From contig OY970314.1 in the NCBI GenBank assembly GCA_963716475.1, forward strand, positions 10,479 to 74,478: 64,000 bases of DNA. Direction: 5' to 3'. The position numbers were made by a program, and so were the translations under genes. The notes beneath the pieces are model-generated. The model had not been told where the DNA came from and did not search any database. It saw only the letters and a program-made list of their open reading frames with translations. Numbering within the stretch: the first letter of the stretch is position 1; the number at the start of each line of letters is the position of its first letter. Source of the stretch: Candidatus Woesebacteria bacterium. GTDB lineage: Bacteria > Patescibacteriota > Microgenomatia > UBA8517. Shown one piece after another: positions 1 to 11,781 of the stretch.

Positions 1-7
1 ATGTGGA

Positions 8-2954
<2,947 letters not shown>

Positions 2955-2996
2955 ATTTGGGACGCGACCTTTCTTTTCTAACATTTCAAGACATTT

Positions 2997-3114
2997 TTCT
3001 GGTGATTAGTGCGCAGTGGTACCACCTGATCCCTTTCCGAACTCAGAAGTGAAACGCTGTAGCGGAGACGATAGTTCTCGGGCAACTGAGCGCGAAAATA
3101 TCTCATCGCCAGAA
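2997..3114 (+). rRNA. rrf: 5S ribosomal RNA
   Basis: CACCTGATCCCTTTCCGAACTCAGAAGTGAAAC core; terminal stem TTCTGGTGAT/ATCGCCAGAA; flanking processing stem TTTCAAGACATT/AATGTCTTGAAA. Confidence 0.96.
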
Positions 3115-3131
3115 CAATGTCTTGAAAGAAG

Positions 3132-3164
3132 AAAAATCCCCCGTTTTAAAGCGGGGGATTTTTT
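3132..3164 (+). terminator. Intrinsic terminator of the rRNA operon
   Basis: AAAAATCCCCCG-ttttaaag-CGGGGGATTTTTT hairpin with U tract just after the 5S gene. Confidence 0.85.
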
Positions 3165-3185
3165 GTGGTTCTGTTATTTTTTCTC

Positions 3186-3214
3186 TTGTCACTTCTCAAT
3201 TTTAGGCGTACAAT
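3186..3214 (+). promoter_or_regulatory. Sigma70-type promoter for rpsA
   Basis: TTGTCA-17 nt-TACAAT. Confidence 0.6.
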
Positions 3215-3248
3215 ACCACTATTACGAAAAGAAAGGCGGTAATGAAAA

Positions 3249-4346
3249 GTGAGCTTAAAATCAACTTCATCTAAAGAGCCGACCATGGCGGAGCTTCTGG
3301 CTCGTGCCAAAAATAAAGTTCAAACATTTACAAAAGGCCAAAGGCTATTGGGTAAAGTCCTATCCAAAACGGACTCTGTGGTTCTTTTTGATATTGGTGG
3401 CAAGTCCGAAGGAATAGTTAAGGAAAAAGGCTACACGGATGCCAAAGAATATATTGACGGTATTAAAGTCGGGGATGACGTTATGGTTACCATTTTGGTG
3501 CCCGAAACCCGTGAAGGAACTACAATTTTGGGCCTTAAAGATGCAATGAAAGATATTTCTTGGGAGAAATTGGAAGCAGCCAAAAAGACTGGTGAGCCGG
3601 TTCCGGTTTTTGGCAAGGGAGTAAACACGCCGGGATTTGTGGTTGATGTAATGGGGATAGAAGGATTTATTCCGACATCCCAACTTGGTAAAGAAATTAC
3701 CGGAAATCCTCAAAATTTAGTCGGGAAATACTTCAAGGCCCGCGTTATGGAAGTCGATAAAATGAATAAAAAAGTAGTTCTATCCGAGAAAGAAGTGTCG
3801 GAAGCAGGGAATATTGCCCTGGTCAAAGAAGCCCTGAAGAAGGTCAAAGAGGGAGAAATCTACGAAGGAGTCGTTACCACGGTTGCTCCTTTTGGCGCTT
3901 TTGTAAAAATTGAAGTGCCTGTCAAAAAAGAGAAAGCCGAAGTCGAAGGGCTGGTCCACGTTTCCGAACTTTCTTTCAGTAGAGTTAACCTTCCCTCAGA
4001 TGTTATTCATGAAGGTGATAAAGTCCAAGTTAAAGTCTTGGCAGCACACGAAGGTAAATTGGCACTTTCGGTTAAGCAGGCCAAGAAAGACCCCTGGGAG
4101 GGTGTTCCCGAAAAATATAAGTCTGAAGATAAAGTTACGGGAAAGGTTGTCCGGGTCAGCGATTTTGGCGCGTTTGTTGAATTGGAACCCGGGGTTGAGG
4201 GCCTAATTCATATTACCCAGATCCCTCCGGCGTATAAAATTGCCACCGGTCAGGAAGTTAAATGTACAATTGAAGAAGTTAACCTGAAAGATAAACGTAT
4301 TGCCCTAGGCCTCGTTTTGACCTCCGTCCCCGTCGGGTACAAGTAA
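3249..4346 (+). CDS. rpsA: 30S ribosomal protein S1 (short, four S1 domains)
   Basis: Repeated S1 motifs (DIGGKSEG, GFIPTSQL, FGAFV...EGLVHVSEL, FGAFVELEPGVEGLIHITQI). The start could be a downstream ATG. Confidence 0.92.
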   Translation: MSLKSTSSKEPTMAELLARAKNKVQTFTKGQRLLGKVLSKTDSVVLFDIGGKSEGIVKEKGYTDAKEYIDGIKVGDDVMVTILVPETREGTTILGLKDAMKDISWEKLEAAKKTGEPVPVFGKGVNTPGFVVDVMGIEGFIPTSQLGKEITGNPQNLVGKYFKARVMEVDKMNKKVVLSEKEVSEAGNIALVKEALKKVKEGEIYEGVVTTVAPFGAFVKIEVPVKKEKAEVEGLVHVSELSFSRVNLPSDVIHEGDKVQVKVLAAHEGKLALSVKQAKKDPWEGVPEKYKSEDKVTGKVVRVSDFGAFVELEPGVEGLIHITQIPPAYKIATGQEVKCTIEEVNLKDKRIALGLVLTSVPVGYK

Positions 4347-4568
4347 ACCGGGTTTATAAAGGTGTTTTTCTTCGTCGTAGACAATAAGCTCACTTATTAT
4401 TCCTTCAATAAGGGTTTGCATGAGGCTGTCATAAAATCCCATATTTTCCTTGTCAATAATTTCTTCGATATCTTTCTGGCTCAAACCTTCTGGAGTACTA
4501 TTTATGGCACCAAATAGCATTTCTTCAGAATCTTGCGGACCGGGGTAATGTTCAATTTTCTCTTGCAC
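4305..4568 (-). CDS. Small acidic hypothetical protein (possible winged helix)
   Basis: 87-aa ORF preceded by a minus-strand TTGACA-16-TAGTCT (4606 to 4579); overlaps the rpsA 3' end by 42 nt. Confidence 0.5.
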   Translation of the reverse strand: MQEKIEHYPGPQDSEEMLFGAINSTPEGLSQKDIEEIIDKENMGFYDSLMQTLIEGIISELIVYDEEKHLYKPGLLVPDGDGGQNEA

Positions 4569-4631
4569 CTTAGGTACTAGACTATATTTTTTCGAAAAAA
4601 TGTCAAGTAAGACGTAGTATAATCGTTTTCG

Positions 4632-5951
4632 ATGTCACTTCACTCAAAGTATGTTTGCCAGCAGTGCGGATATGAATCTACGGGTTGGCTTGGAAAATGT
4701 CCTGAATGTGGAACCTGGAATAGCCTGGTTGAGACAGTTGTTGAGATAAGCTCTAAATCCAAATCAGTGCCGCGTCGCCAAAGTTCATCAGTTCAGGCAA
4801 AAACAGTCAGACTTTCCGATATAAAATCGGTCGATACAAAGCGCATTTCAACCAAAATCTCCGAACTTGATCGGGTTCTTGGTGGGGGTTTAGTCCTCGG
4901 ACAGGTGGTATTAATTGCGGGTGAACCCGGCATCGGTAAGTCTACGCTTCTTACGCAAATTTCGGAGACTTTGGGAAATGTGCTTTATGTTTGCGGGGAG
5001 GAATCTCCCGGCCAGATTGCTATCAGAGCAAAGAGGTTAGGAGTGAAGAATAAAAATATTCAGCTACTGGAGACTACCGATGCAGATTCGGTGATTGATC
5101 ATCTGGATTCAAACCCTCAGCCCTTAGGCGCCATAATCGTTGATTCTATCCAAACCATGACCACAGGGGACCTCTCGGGCATGGCAGGAAGCGTCGGACA
5201 GGTCAGAGAGTGTGCTTTCAGACTCCTTCGGGCAGCAAAGGAGCGTAATATACCCCTATTTTTAGTCGGGCACGTTACTAAGGAAGGTACAGTTGCCGGC
5301 CCGGCGGTACTGGCTCATATAGTTGATACCGTTCTCTGGTTTGAGGGCGATAAGACGCTTACCACACGGGTTCTCAGGGCCGTCAAAAACCGCTTTGGCC
5401 CTACAGATGAAGTCGGGGTATTTGAAATGAGGGATACAGGGCTGATGCCTGTCGGCAATATCGAAAAGGCATTTTTGGAAAAAGGTGTTAAGGATGTTTC
5501 GGGCAGTATTGCCACAAGCGTAATGCAAGGAACGCGTCCGATTTTAGTCGAAATTCAGGCTTTGGTCGTACCTACAAAACTTATGATCCCCAGGAGGGTT
5601 GCCCAGGGGATAGATTCCAGACGTCTCGAACTCCTCCTAGCGGTTCTGACCAGGAGGTGCGGCTTACCCCTATATGAATACGACGTTTTTGTAAACGTCG
5701 CGGGAGGACTTAAGGTAACCGAGCCGGCAAGTGATTTGGCAATTTGTCTCGCTGTTGCTTCAAGTTATTTTGATAAATCCATTTCCGGAAAAATTATAGC
5801 CGTTGGGGAAGTGGGACTACTCGGGGAGATCCGTGAAGTGGTGGCGCAGGACAAGAGAATAAAAGAAGCAAAAAGGCTTGGGTTTATAATAGCGATTACT
5901 TCAAAAGAGGTAAAGTATGTAGGGGCTGCTATTAAACAACTCTTCAAATAA
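4632..5951 (+). CDS. radA: DNA repair protein RadA/Sms
   Basis: C4 zinc finger (CQQCG...CPECG), Walker A GEPGIGKS, KNRFG motif, Lon-like C-terminal domain. Confidence 0.97.
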   Translation: MSLHSKYVCQQCGYESTGWLGKCPECGTWNSLVETVVEISSKSKSVPRRQSSSVQAKTVRLSDIKSVDTKRISTKISELDRVLGGGLVLGQVVLIAGEPGIGKSTLLTQISETLGNVLYVCGEESPGQIAIRAKRLGVKNKNIQLLETTDADSVIDHLDSNPQPLGAIIVDSIQTMTTGDLSGMAGSVGQVRECAFRLLRAAKERNIPLFLVGHVTKEGTVAGPAVLAHIVDTVLWFEGDKTLTTRVLRAVKNRFGPTDEVGVFEMRDTGLMPVGNIEKAFLEKGVKDVSGSIATSVMQGTRPILVEIQALVVPTKLMIPRRVAQGIDSRRLELLLAVLTRRCGLPLYEYDVFVNVAGGLKVTEPASDLAICLAVASSYFDKSISGKIIAVGEVGLLGEIREVVAQDKRIKEAKRLGFIIAITSKEVKYVGAAIKQLFK

Positions 5952-6070
5952 TTACTCCACAAGATATCCACAATTTTTGAGTATAAAAATATAGTGCCGT
6001 ATATACGGACTTATTAGAGTATTTACGACTATAGGTGAGTAAATATTTATGGTTAATTATGTTATAGGGT

Positions 6071-6099
6071 TTGACAGAGTTGACATGGAGTGTTACACT
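6071..6099 (+). promoter_or_regulatory. Strong sigma70 promoter with no nearby protein gene
   Basis: TTGACA-17 nt-TACACT with an extended -10 TG. Confidence 0.7.
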
Positions 6100-6133
6100 T
6101 TTTCTTGAACATTGAAATCGGTTGGTGAAAGCC

Positions 6134-6300
6134 AAAAAAAGAGCATCGCCATCGTTGGGTTCTCCTCTAATTTCTAGTGGGACTCGCCACGAGTAGAGAT
6201 GCTCTTTCAAAACTATAACGAAGTAAATTTTCAAGTACTTCGTACAGGAGATTTGTCTTGCGGACAGGTTAATTCGGAACTAACTATATCAAGACAAATC
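6134..6300 (-). ncRNA. Candidate antisense RNA of about 165 nt
   Basis: Minus-strand promoter at 6335 to 6307, three hairpins, and a final AAAGAGCATC/GATGCTCTTT stem followed by U7. Confidence 0.45.
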
Positions 6301-6306
6301 GTAATC

Positions 6307-6335
6307 AGACTAAAACGAATAGAGGGGGTTGTCAA
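6307..6335 (-). promoter_or_regulatory. Sigma70 promoter convergent with the 6071 promoter
   Basis: Minus-strand TTGACA-17 nt-TAGTCT. Confidence 0.6.
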
Positions 6336-6357
6336 GCCCCTTTGAGATTTGGTTGTG

Positions 6358-6447
6358 AAATGCACTTTTTACCCGGTTTGAGGGACGGGTGGATTCTAGG
6401 GCAGGGGATCTACCCGTTCCTCAAGTTTGGTAGGGAGTGCATTTTTT
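6358..6447 (+). terminator. Long hairpin (39-bp stem) with U tract
   Basis: Arms 6358-6396 and 6406-6444 have 9 G-U wobbles and 1 mismatch on the plus strand, so the stem folds well only as plus-strand RNA. Confidence 0.75.
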
Positions 6448-6497
6448 GGTTCTGCTTGCTTTTTGACCTCATATAGCCTATAATAGCGACATTAATC

Positions 6498-7229
6498 ATG
6501 GCAGAAGTTATTATCTATCACCATCTTTACAATAAGAAATTTGGCACGGTAGCTGTGGCTGGGCCTCCGGTCAGAGTCTTTAGTTCGGAAAGACTGACAG
6601 GAAAGGCAGCCTCAACCCTACCCAGGCTTTCAAAATTTACAGCCTTGATTGGAATAGCTTTGATCCTCTTTTTCTATGTTCCGAAGGTCTTGGCTTGGGG
6701 AGGGAACGTTGTTGCCACAACCTTTGAAAATTTCAGAATGTCCAAGGCTGAAGTTCAGACTCTGACAAGTGATCTAAATATATCAAAACCTGTCTATGAC
6801 CCTCCTTTTGACCCGAGGCTTCCGGCCACGAATCACCTCCTTATTCCGTCAATCGGGGTGAATACCGATATTCAGGAGGCTACTGCCGATGACTATGAGG
6901 AAGCACTCCGGAAAGGCGTTTGGAGAGTTTCCGATTTTGGCGCCCCGAATGATAACGGCAGGCCGATAATTCTTGCCGCGCACAGGTTCGGGTACTTGGC
7001 CTGGACCAATTCCTACAGGCATAACAATTCCTTTTACAATCTCCCCAAAGTGAAGGTTGGGGATGTGGTGGAAATAGACTGGAATCAAAAGAAATATTTA
7101 TACGAGGTTTACGCAACCAGTAGCGGGACCCAAATCCTGGATTATTCGGCTGACCTGATCCTATATACATGCGAGACATTGGAGGGAACCGAGAAGGTTT
7201 TTGTTTATGCTCATCTAATGTGGATTTAA
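6498..7229 (+). CDS. Sortase family protein
   Basis: N-terminal TM helix, LLIPSIGV, catalytic His (LAAHRFG) and LILYTC (TLxTC-like). The usual Arg position reads Lys (EKVFVYA). Promoter TTGCTT-17-TATAAT at 6456-6484. Confidence 0.88.
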   Translation: MAEVIIYHHLYNKKFGTVAVAGPPVRVFSSERLTGKAASTLPRLSKFTALIGIALILFFYVPKVLAWGGNVVATTFENFRMSKAEVQTLTSDLNISKPVYDPPFDPRLPATNHLLIPSIGVNTDIQEATADDYEEALRKGVWRVSDFGAPNDNGRPIILAAHRFGYLAWTNSYRHNNSFYNLPKVKVGDVVEIDWNQKKYLYEVYATSSGTQILDYSADLILYTCETLEGTEKVFVYAHLMWI

Positions 7230-7331
7230 GGCAAAATGAACCCAAGAACCCAAATAACACCAAGTATCAACAGGTTAACGTCTTATAATGTTGACAAATC
7301 GGATATTTCATGGTACAGTTCGCCCATCAAT

Positions 7332-7571
7332 ATGAAAAAGTTGATTTTTGCAGTTTTGGCAGTAGCGTTTCTAGCCACGCCGGTTGGAGTTTTGGCCGAT
7401 GAAACACAAATAATTTGTCCCCAAGCCTACGGAGGGGGAGTTGTCTGTGCAGTTCATACGACTGTAAACACAGGTTTGGGAGATAATTTGGCCATAATTG
7501 GAGGGGTTCTTCTGGTCTCTTCAGTGTTATTCTCGATTCTGTCCAGGAAATTTAAAAGAGTTTCCGCTTAA
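7332..7571 (+). CDS. Tiny secreted protein with an LPxTG-like (TVNTG) sorting signal
   Basis: Start reassigned to ATG 7332 behind TTGACA-17-TACAGT (7291-7319). Signal peptide, Cys loop, VNTG, TM helix, basic tail RKFKR. Confidence 0.75.
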   Translation: MKKLIFAVLAVAFLATPVGVLADETQIICPQAYGGGVVCAVHTTVNTGLGDNLAIIGGVLLVSSVLFSILSRKFKRVSA

Positions 7572-7833
7572 CATCTGACCCATTCAGGTCATCACAAATG
7601 CGTGACGGCTTGATAAGTCAGTAGTTAGCTCTTTAATATATCGAGGCAAATATATAAAATTAACGCCAGTCCAAGGCGATCAAGTGACTGATAGTTGAAA
7701 GTCACAAGGATACAACTTTTTGTTTTCTGGCCAGAAAGCAAACACATCATTCTCGCTTCTGAAAGGAGGTGCAAGAAATCAAGAAAACGTTTGTTTTGTG
7801 TGCCAAACATATTTTTTTCACATCTGAGGAGGT

Positions 7834-8763
7834 GTGATTATGAAGACTAATACGAAGTTGTTTTTGACGGGGGCAGTTTCTGTTCTACTTTCGCTTATGC
7901 TGATTCTGGGCATGGTTGCCGTTTGGCCTGTTCCTCAAATGATTTCGAGGACAGCAATGGTGGCGGCTCGGGCAGCTGCAGTGAAGGGTGATACAGGCCC
8001 CACGGGTCCGCAAGGACTTCCCGGCGTTGGCGCTATCGGCCCACAAGGCCCCGCCGGTCCCGCCGGTACGTCAGTTGATCTGACAACGCTTTGGGATGAT
8101 CCCGCTTTCAGAGAAGCTGTTACAAAAGCCATGGCTCCGGTGCCAGTAGGTGCTGTCGTTACACAGCTTCAAAACACCCAAGAAATGGGGCAATGGAAAA
8201 TCCAGTATTACACTGGAGCCACTGACCTAATGAAGGGATTTGTCTTTACAGACTTTGTCCCTGGGTGGAAAGCGTTTCCCAATGAGGATTGGCCAGCAGG
8301 AAATTTCCTGTCGAAAAATGGACTGGAATTCGGTCAGCAATTGTCTGACTTCTGTCAGCAAGACCAAACATGCGACTTTCCCGTCGCAGCCAGGTCCTAT
8401 CGGTCAATTACCGGTGATTACAATATTTCTGGCATTGGAGAATGCCACGAAGCAGGCACCGGTATCGGTTGCGGAGTGATTATCGTCAACGTTGGCGATG
8501 TCATGGCAGAATACCGTAACCAAATGGTCGATTCCGGCTATACAGTTACCGGTCTGTACTGGAATGGGAATGAATTAGATCAGGCGATCAGCGCGTGGGC
8601 TTCCCATGTTGCTTACCGCATGATCGGTATTCCCAGCTCCAACCCCGCCGATCCCGGCAGCAACTGCTCTGTACCAACAGGGTGCAAGGGTGATGATCTC
8701 ACCTTCGCTGTCACCTCGGGTCTAGAGTTGCTTATGCTAGGCCATGCGGTGGTCCAGCCGTAG
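7834..8763 (+). CDS. Membrane-anchored or secreted protein with short collagen-like repeat and Cys-containing C-terminal domain
   Basis: N-terminal hydrophobic helix and a G-X-Y run GDTGPTGPQGLPGVGAIGPQGPAGPAG. Strong SD GAGGAGGTG suggests the start is ATG 7840. Confidence 0.75.
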   Translation: MIMKTNTKLFLTGAVSVLLSLMLILGMVAVWPVPQMISRTAMVAARAAAVKGDTGPTGPQGLPGVGAIGPQGPAGPAGTSVDLTTLWDDPAFREAVTKAMAPVPVGAVVTQLQNTQEMGQWKIQYYTGATDLMKGFVFTDFVPGWKAFPNEDWPAGNFLSKNGLEFGQQLSDFCQQDQTCDFPVAARSYRSITGDYNISGIGECHEAGTGIGCGVIIVNVGDVMAEYRNQMVDSGYTVTGLYWNGNELDQAISAWASHVAYRMIGIPSSNPADPGSNCSVPTGCKGDDLTFAVTSGLELLMLGHAVVQP

Positions 8764-8808
8764 CTAAAATAGCTACAATCCTACCCTTTTCATAAATAAA
8801 TTTTTGCC

Positions 8809-8904
8809 TCGATCCGGCTCTGCACATAATCTTTCACCTTTGGGTGATTTTAAACTTTCACCTTTAGGTGATTTTTAAAAAAAGATTTGTGCAGGGCCGT
8901 TCGA
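8809..8904. repeat. Inverted repeat enclosing two tandem palindromic 24-nt units
   Basis: GGCTCTGCACATAATCTTT...AAAGATTTGTGCAGGGCC encloses two copies of CTTTCACCTTT(G/A)GGTGATTTT. Confidence 0.7.
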
Positions 8905-8942
8905 CTAAGAGAATAATTTTTATATTGTTAATTTAGCCGAGC

Positions 8943-11687
8943 ATGAAAAAAAATCTTCTCAAGTTTCTTCTTCCAGCGGTATTGGTAACAATATCGCTTT
9001 TTTTGTGTTTTAAAAATTACACCCCCGGAACTTATCTTCTCGGTTGGGATTCCCTCCACCCCGAATTTAACTTTCCTGAGGCTTTTGCCCGTGTTTGGGA
9101 CGGGGTATGGAGAGCCGAGCAGGGGATAGGAACTCTTGCGGCCCATTCGCATATGGCCGATTTTCCAAGAATCGTTCTTTTGTGGCTGGAATCGGCCGTT
9201 ATATCGGCATCGTTCCTGCGTTATTCTTACATTTTTCTATGTTTAATTTTAGGACCGCTTGGAGTCTACTTTTTCTTGAAGTATGTATTTCGTACCGAAA
9301 AGGAAAGCGTCTGGGCTTATCCTGCCGCCTTTTTGGGAGCACTTTTTTATCTTCTGAATCTTAGTACATTACAGAATTTCTTTGTGCCTTTTGAAATGTT
9401 TGCCGCGGCATTTGCTTTTGTCCCCTGGGTGGCAATTACCGGGCTTAAATATCTAAGGGAGGGAGGCAAACGAAACCTGTTACTTTGGGCGGCAATTTTG
9501 ATTATATCTTCACCGATGGCTTATGCAGCTACCCTTTGGTATGCCAGTTTTGCTGGACTATTCATCTTTCTGGTCGCATCCGCCCTGATACCTTCGGGCA
9601 GGAAATTAAAAATTAAGAGATTATTATTTCTGCTTCTTACTGCGGTACTTCTGAATTCATACTGGATTCTGCCTAATATTTACTCTGTTTCTAATCAGTC
9701 CGGGATAATTTCCAACTCAAACATCAACCGTCTTTTCAGCTCCGAAGCTTTCCTTCGAAACCGCGATTATGGTGACCCTGCCGATATCCTTTTACAAAGA
9801 AGTTTCCTATTCAGTTGGCGCAATTTTGATACTGTCAGCAATCAATTTACCGACCTTATGGGAGTTTGGACGAAGTATTTGTCAAATCCGATTGTTCTTG
9901 GTGTGGGTTATACCCTGGCCGGCATGTCGGTACTTGGCCTTATCGCGGGGATTGTCAAACGCCAGAAAGTAGCTATAGCCATGATTCCTGCGACCCTATT
10001 TGCTCTTTTTTTCCTGATTAATATTAACCCTCCAACAGGAGGTCTATATGCCTACTTCTACAATAATTTTGGCGTTTTCGCAGAAGGATTTCGAATGCCT
10101 TTTTCCAAATTGTCGATTTTATATGAATTTTTGGCTTCATTTTACTTCGGATACTTTGCTTTTGTTTTACTTATCTTCAAAGAAGATCGTTTGAGGAAAG
10201 TAATTCGGTTATTTTTTATTTTTGTAAAAACATTGTTTTTCCTGTCGGTTACCGCTGGAGCGATATATTTCATGCTGCCGGCATTTAACGGATGGCTTAT
10301 TGGCCCAAATGTTAGAAAAGCCTTACCGGCTGAATATAAGGAAGTATTTAATTGGTTTAATTCAAATGCTTACGGCCGTGTCGCACTATTCCCGATTAAT
10401 TCCAAATACGGGTGGGAATATAGAAGTTGGGGGTATGAAGGATCGGGATTTTTAACTTACGGGACCTCAGATCCGATTTTATACCGTGATTTTGACCGCT
10501 GGAATATCGGCAATGAAGACTTTTACAACCAAAGCGCATTCGCACTTTATACAAACAATGCCCTGGCCCTTGTCAATACGGCTAAAAAATATCAGGTAAA
10601 GTATATCCTTTTGGATGAATCGATAATTAATCCGGGAGGAACTCCCGACCTTCTTAAAATTCCGGACCTTAAAAATATTTTTGTGGTAGACGGGTTCAAA
10701 AAGGTTGCAAATTTTGGTTTTTTGACAATCTACGATACAGGTTATGGGCAAGCGGAAGTATCTGCGCCATCTAAATTTATTCAAACGGGGTTTCTCTTAT
10801 CTTATTCGCCAGTTGATCCTGTTTATGAAAAATATGGTGATTATATATACACCAGCGAGGCACTCCCTGTTCGAAAGTCACCCGACCTGCCTCATGTAAT
10901 CCCTGCAGTTTCGGAGAATTTTTCCATAAACCGTGGGTTTCCTGAGGCATATAACTGCGATTTGACAAAGAACGGGACTGTTTTTAAACAGAATTCTCCT
11001 GAGGGAATATTGTACCGTGCGGAAGGCGGAGGAGCGTCCTGTGATTATCTGGGTTATCTGGACCTCAAGTATACCCAGGCGTATGTTCTGAGAGTTGCGG
11101 GGGTAAATAGGCAAGGGCGAAGCATAAAAATGTATTTGTTTAATCAGTATTCCCAGGTGCCGGATATTGAGGAGATTCTGCCTTCCGGTAACTTTGATAA
11201 AACCTATCTTGTTTATCCGAAATATGTAAAAGGAACAGGTTATGTTTTAAATCTTGAGACAAGATCTTTTGGACGGATTGCCTCGGAAAACCTTTTGACA
11301 AAAGTTGAATTTTATCCGGTTGACAATAACTATCTTCAAAACTTTGAGGGAGTCAACTTACAAAATGTAAACAGTGTCCAAAACAATATGAAAATTATGA
11401 GTATCAAAAGTTACGGAAACTGGGCATATAAAGTTATTGCAAGCGGAGACGTTCTTCTCGAGTTGGGGCAAGGGTATGATCCGGGTTGGACGGCAATCCC
11501 GACATCCAAACATGAACTGCAGCATGTAGAGGCTAACGGTTGGGCCAACGGATGGATTGTCCCCTCAAATCAACCATTTGACCAATCAACAATTTACATA
11601 TTCTTCTGGCCCCAGCTTCTGGAGTGGGGAGGAGGAATTTTAGGTATAGCTACACTTTTGGTGTTGATTTTTAAACGCAGGCGATAG
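8943..11687 (+). CDS. Multi-pass GT-C-type glycosyltransferase-like membrane protein (AftD/DUF3367-like)
   Basis: About 12 TM helices, acidic first loop (GWDSLHPE), FRMPFSK, large extracellular domain, NGWANGW motif and a terminal TM helix. Confidence 0.6.
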   Translation: MKKNLLKFLLPAVLVTISLFLCFKNYTPGTYLLGWDSLHPEFNFPEAFARVWDGVWRAEQGIGTLAAHSHMADFPRIVLLWLESAVISASFLRYSYIFLCLILGPLGVYFFLKYVFRTEKESVWAYPAAFLGALFYLLNLSTLQNFFVPFEMFAAAFAFVPWVAITGLKYLREGGKRNLLLWAAILIISSPMAYAATLWYASFAGLFIFLVASALIPSGRKLKIKRLLFLLLTAVLLNSYWILPNIYSVSNQSGIISNSNINRLFSSEAFLRNRDYGDPADILLQRSFLFSWRNFDTVSNQFTDLMGVWTKYLSNPIVLGVGYTLAGMSVLGLIAGIVKRQKVAIAMIPATLFALFFLININPPTGGLYAYFYNNFGVFAEGFRMPFSKLSILYEFLASFYFGYFAFVLLIFKEDRLRKVIRLFFIFVKTLFFLSVTAGAIYFMLPAFNGWLIGPNVRKALPAEYKEVFNWFNSNAYGRVALFPINSKYGWEYRSWGYEGSGFLTYGTSDPILYRDFDRWNIGNEDFYNQSAFALYTNNALALVNTAKKYQVKYILLDESIINPGGTPDLLKIPDLKNIFVVDGFKKVANFGFLTIYDTGYGQAEVSAPSKFIQTGFLLSYSPVDPVYEKYGDYIYTSEALPVRKSPDLPHVIPAVSENFSINRGFPEAYNCDLTKNGTVFKQNSPEGILYRAEGGGASCDYLGYLDLKYTQAYVLRVAGVNRQGRSIKMYLFNQYSQVPDIEEILPSGNFDKTYLVYPKYVKGTGYVLNLETRSFGRIASENLLTKVEFYPVDNNYLQNFEGVNLQNVNSVQNNMKIMSIKSYGNWAYKVIASGDVLLELGQGYDPGWTAIPTSKHELQHVEANGWANGWIVPSNQPFDQSTIYIFFWPQLLEWGGGILGIATLLVLIFKRRR

Positions 11688-11781
11688 CTGAGTAGTTGTG
11701 AAAGTTCTAAATTGTTGGCGATAACCAGCTTCAAAAGCACCATTTACTTTAGACAAACAACCTATATATACTGAAAGTGTT

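Larger units (their letters stand above)
6106..6447 (+). ncRNA. Candidate structured ncRNA of about 340 nt, unassigned family
   Basis: Lies between a consensus promoter and a 39-bp hairpin with U tract; contains several consecutive stem-loops and no convincing ORF. Confidence 0.5.

Noticed and set aside
6040-6067. dif-like site (TTATGTTATAG) and nearby degenerate DnaA-box-like 9-mers at 5953-5972
   Set aside because: The XerC-side arm does not fit and the boxes are mismatched; too weak to call dif or oriC.
5944-6234. 96-aa minus-strand ORF
   Set aside because: TTG start, no motif, and it runs through a terminator-like stem and a promoter; better explained as non-coding.
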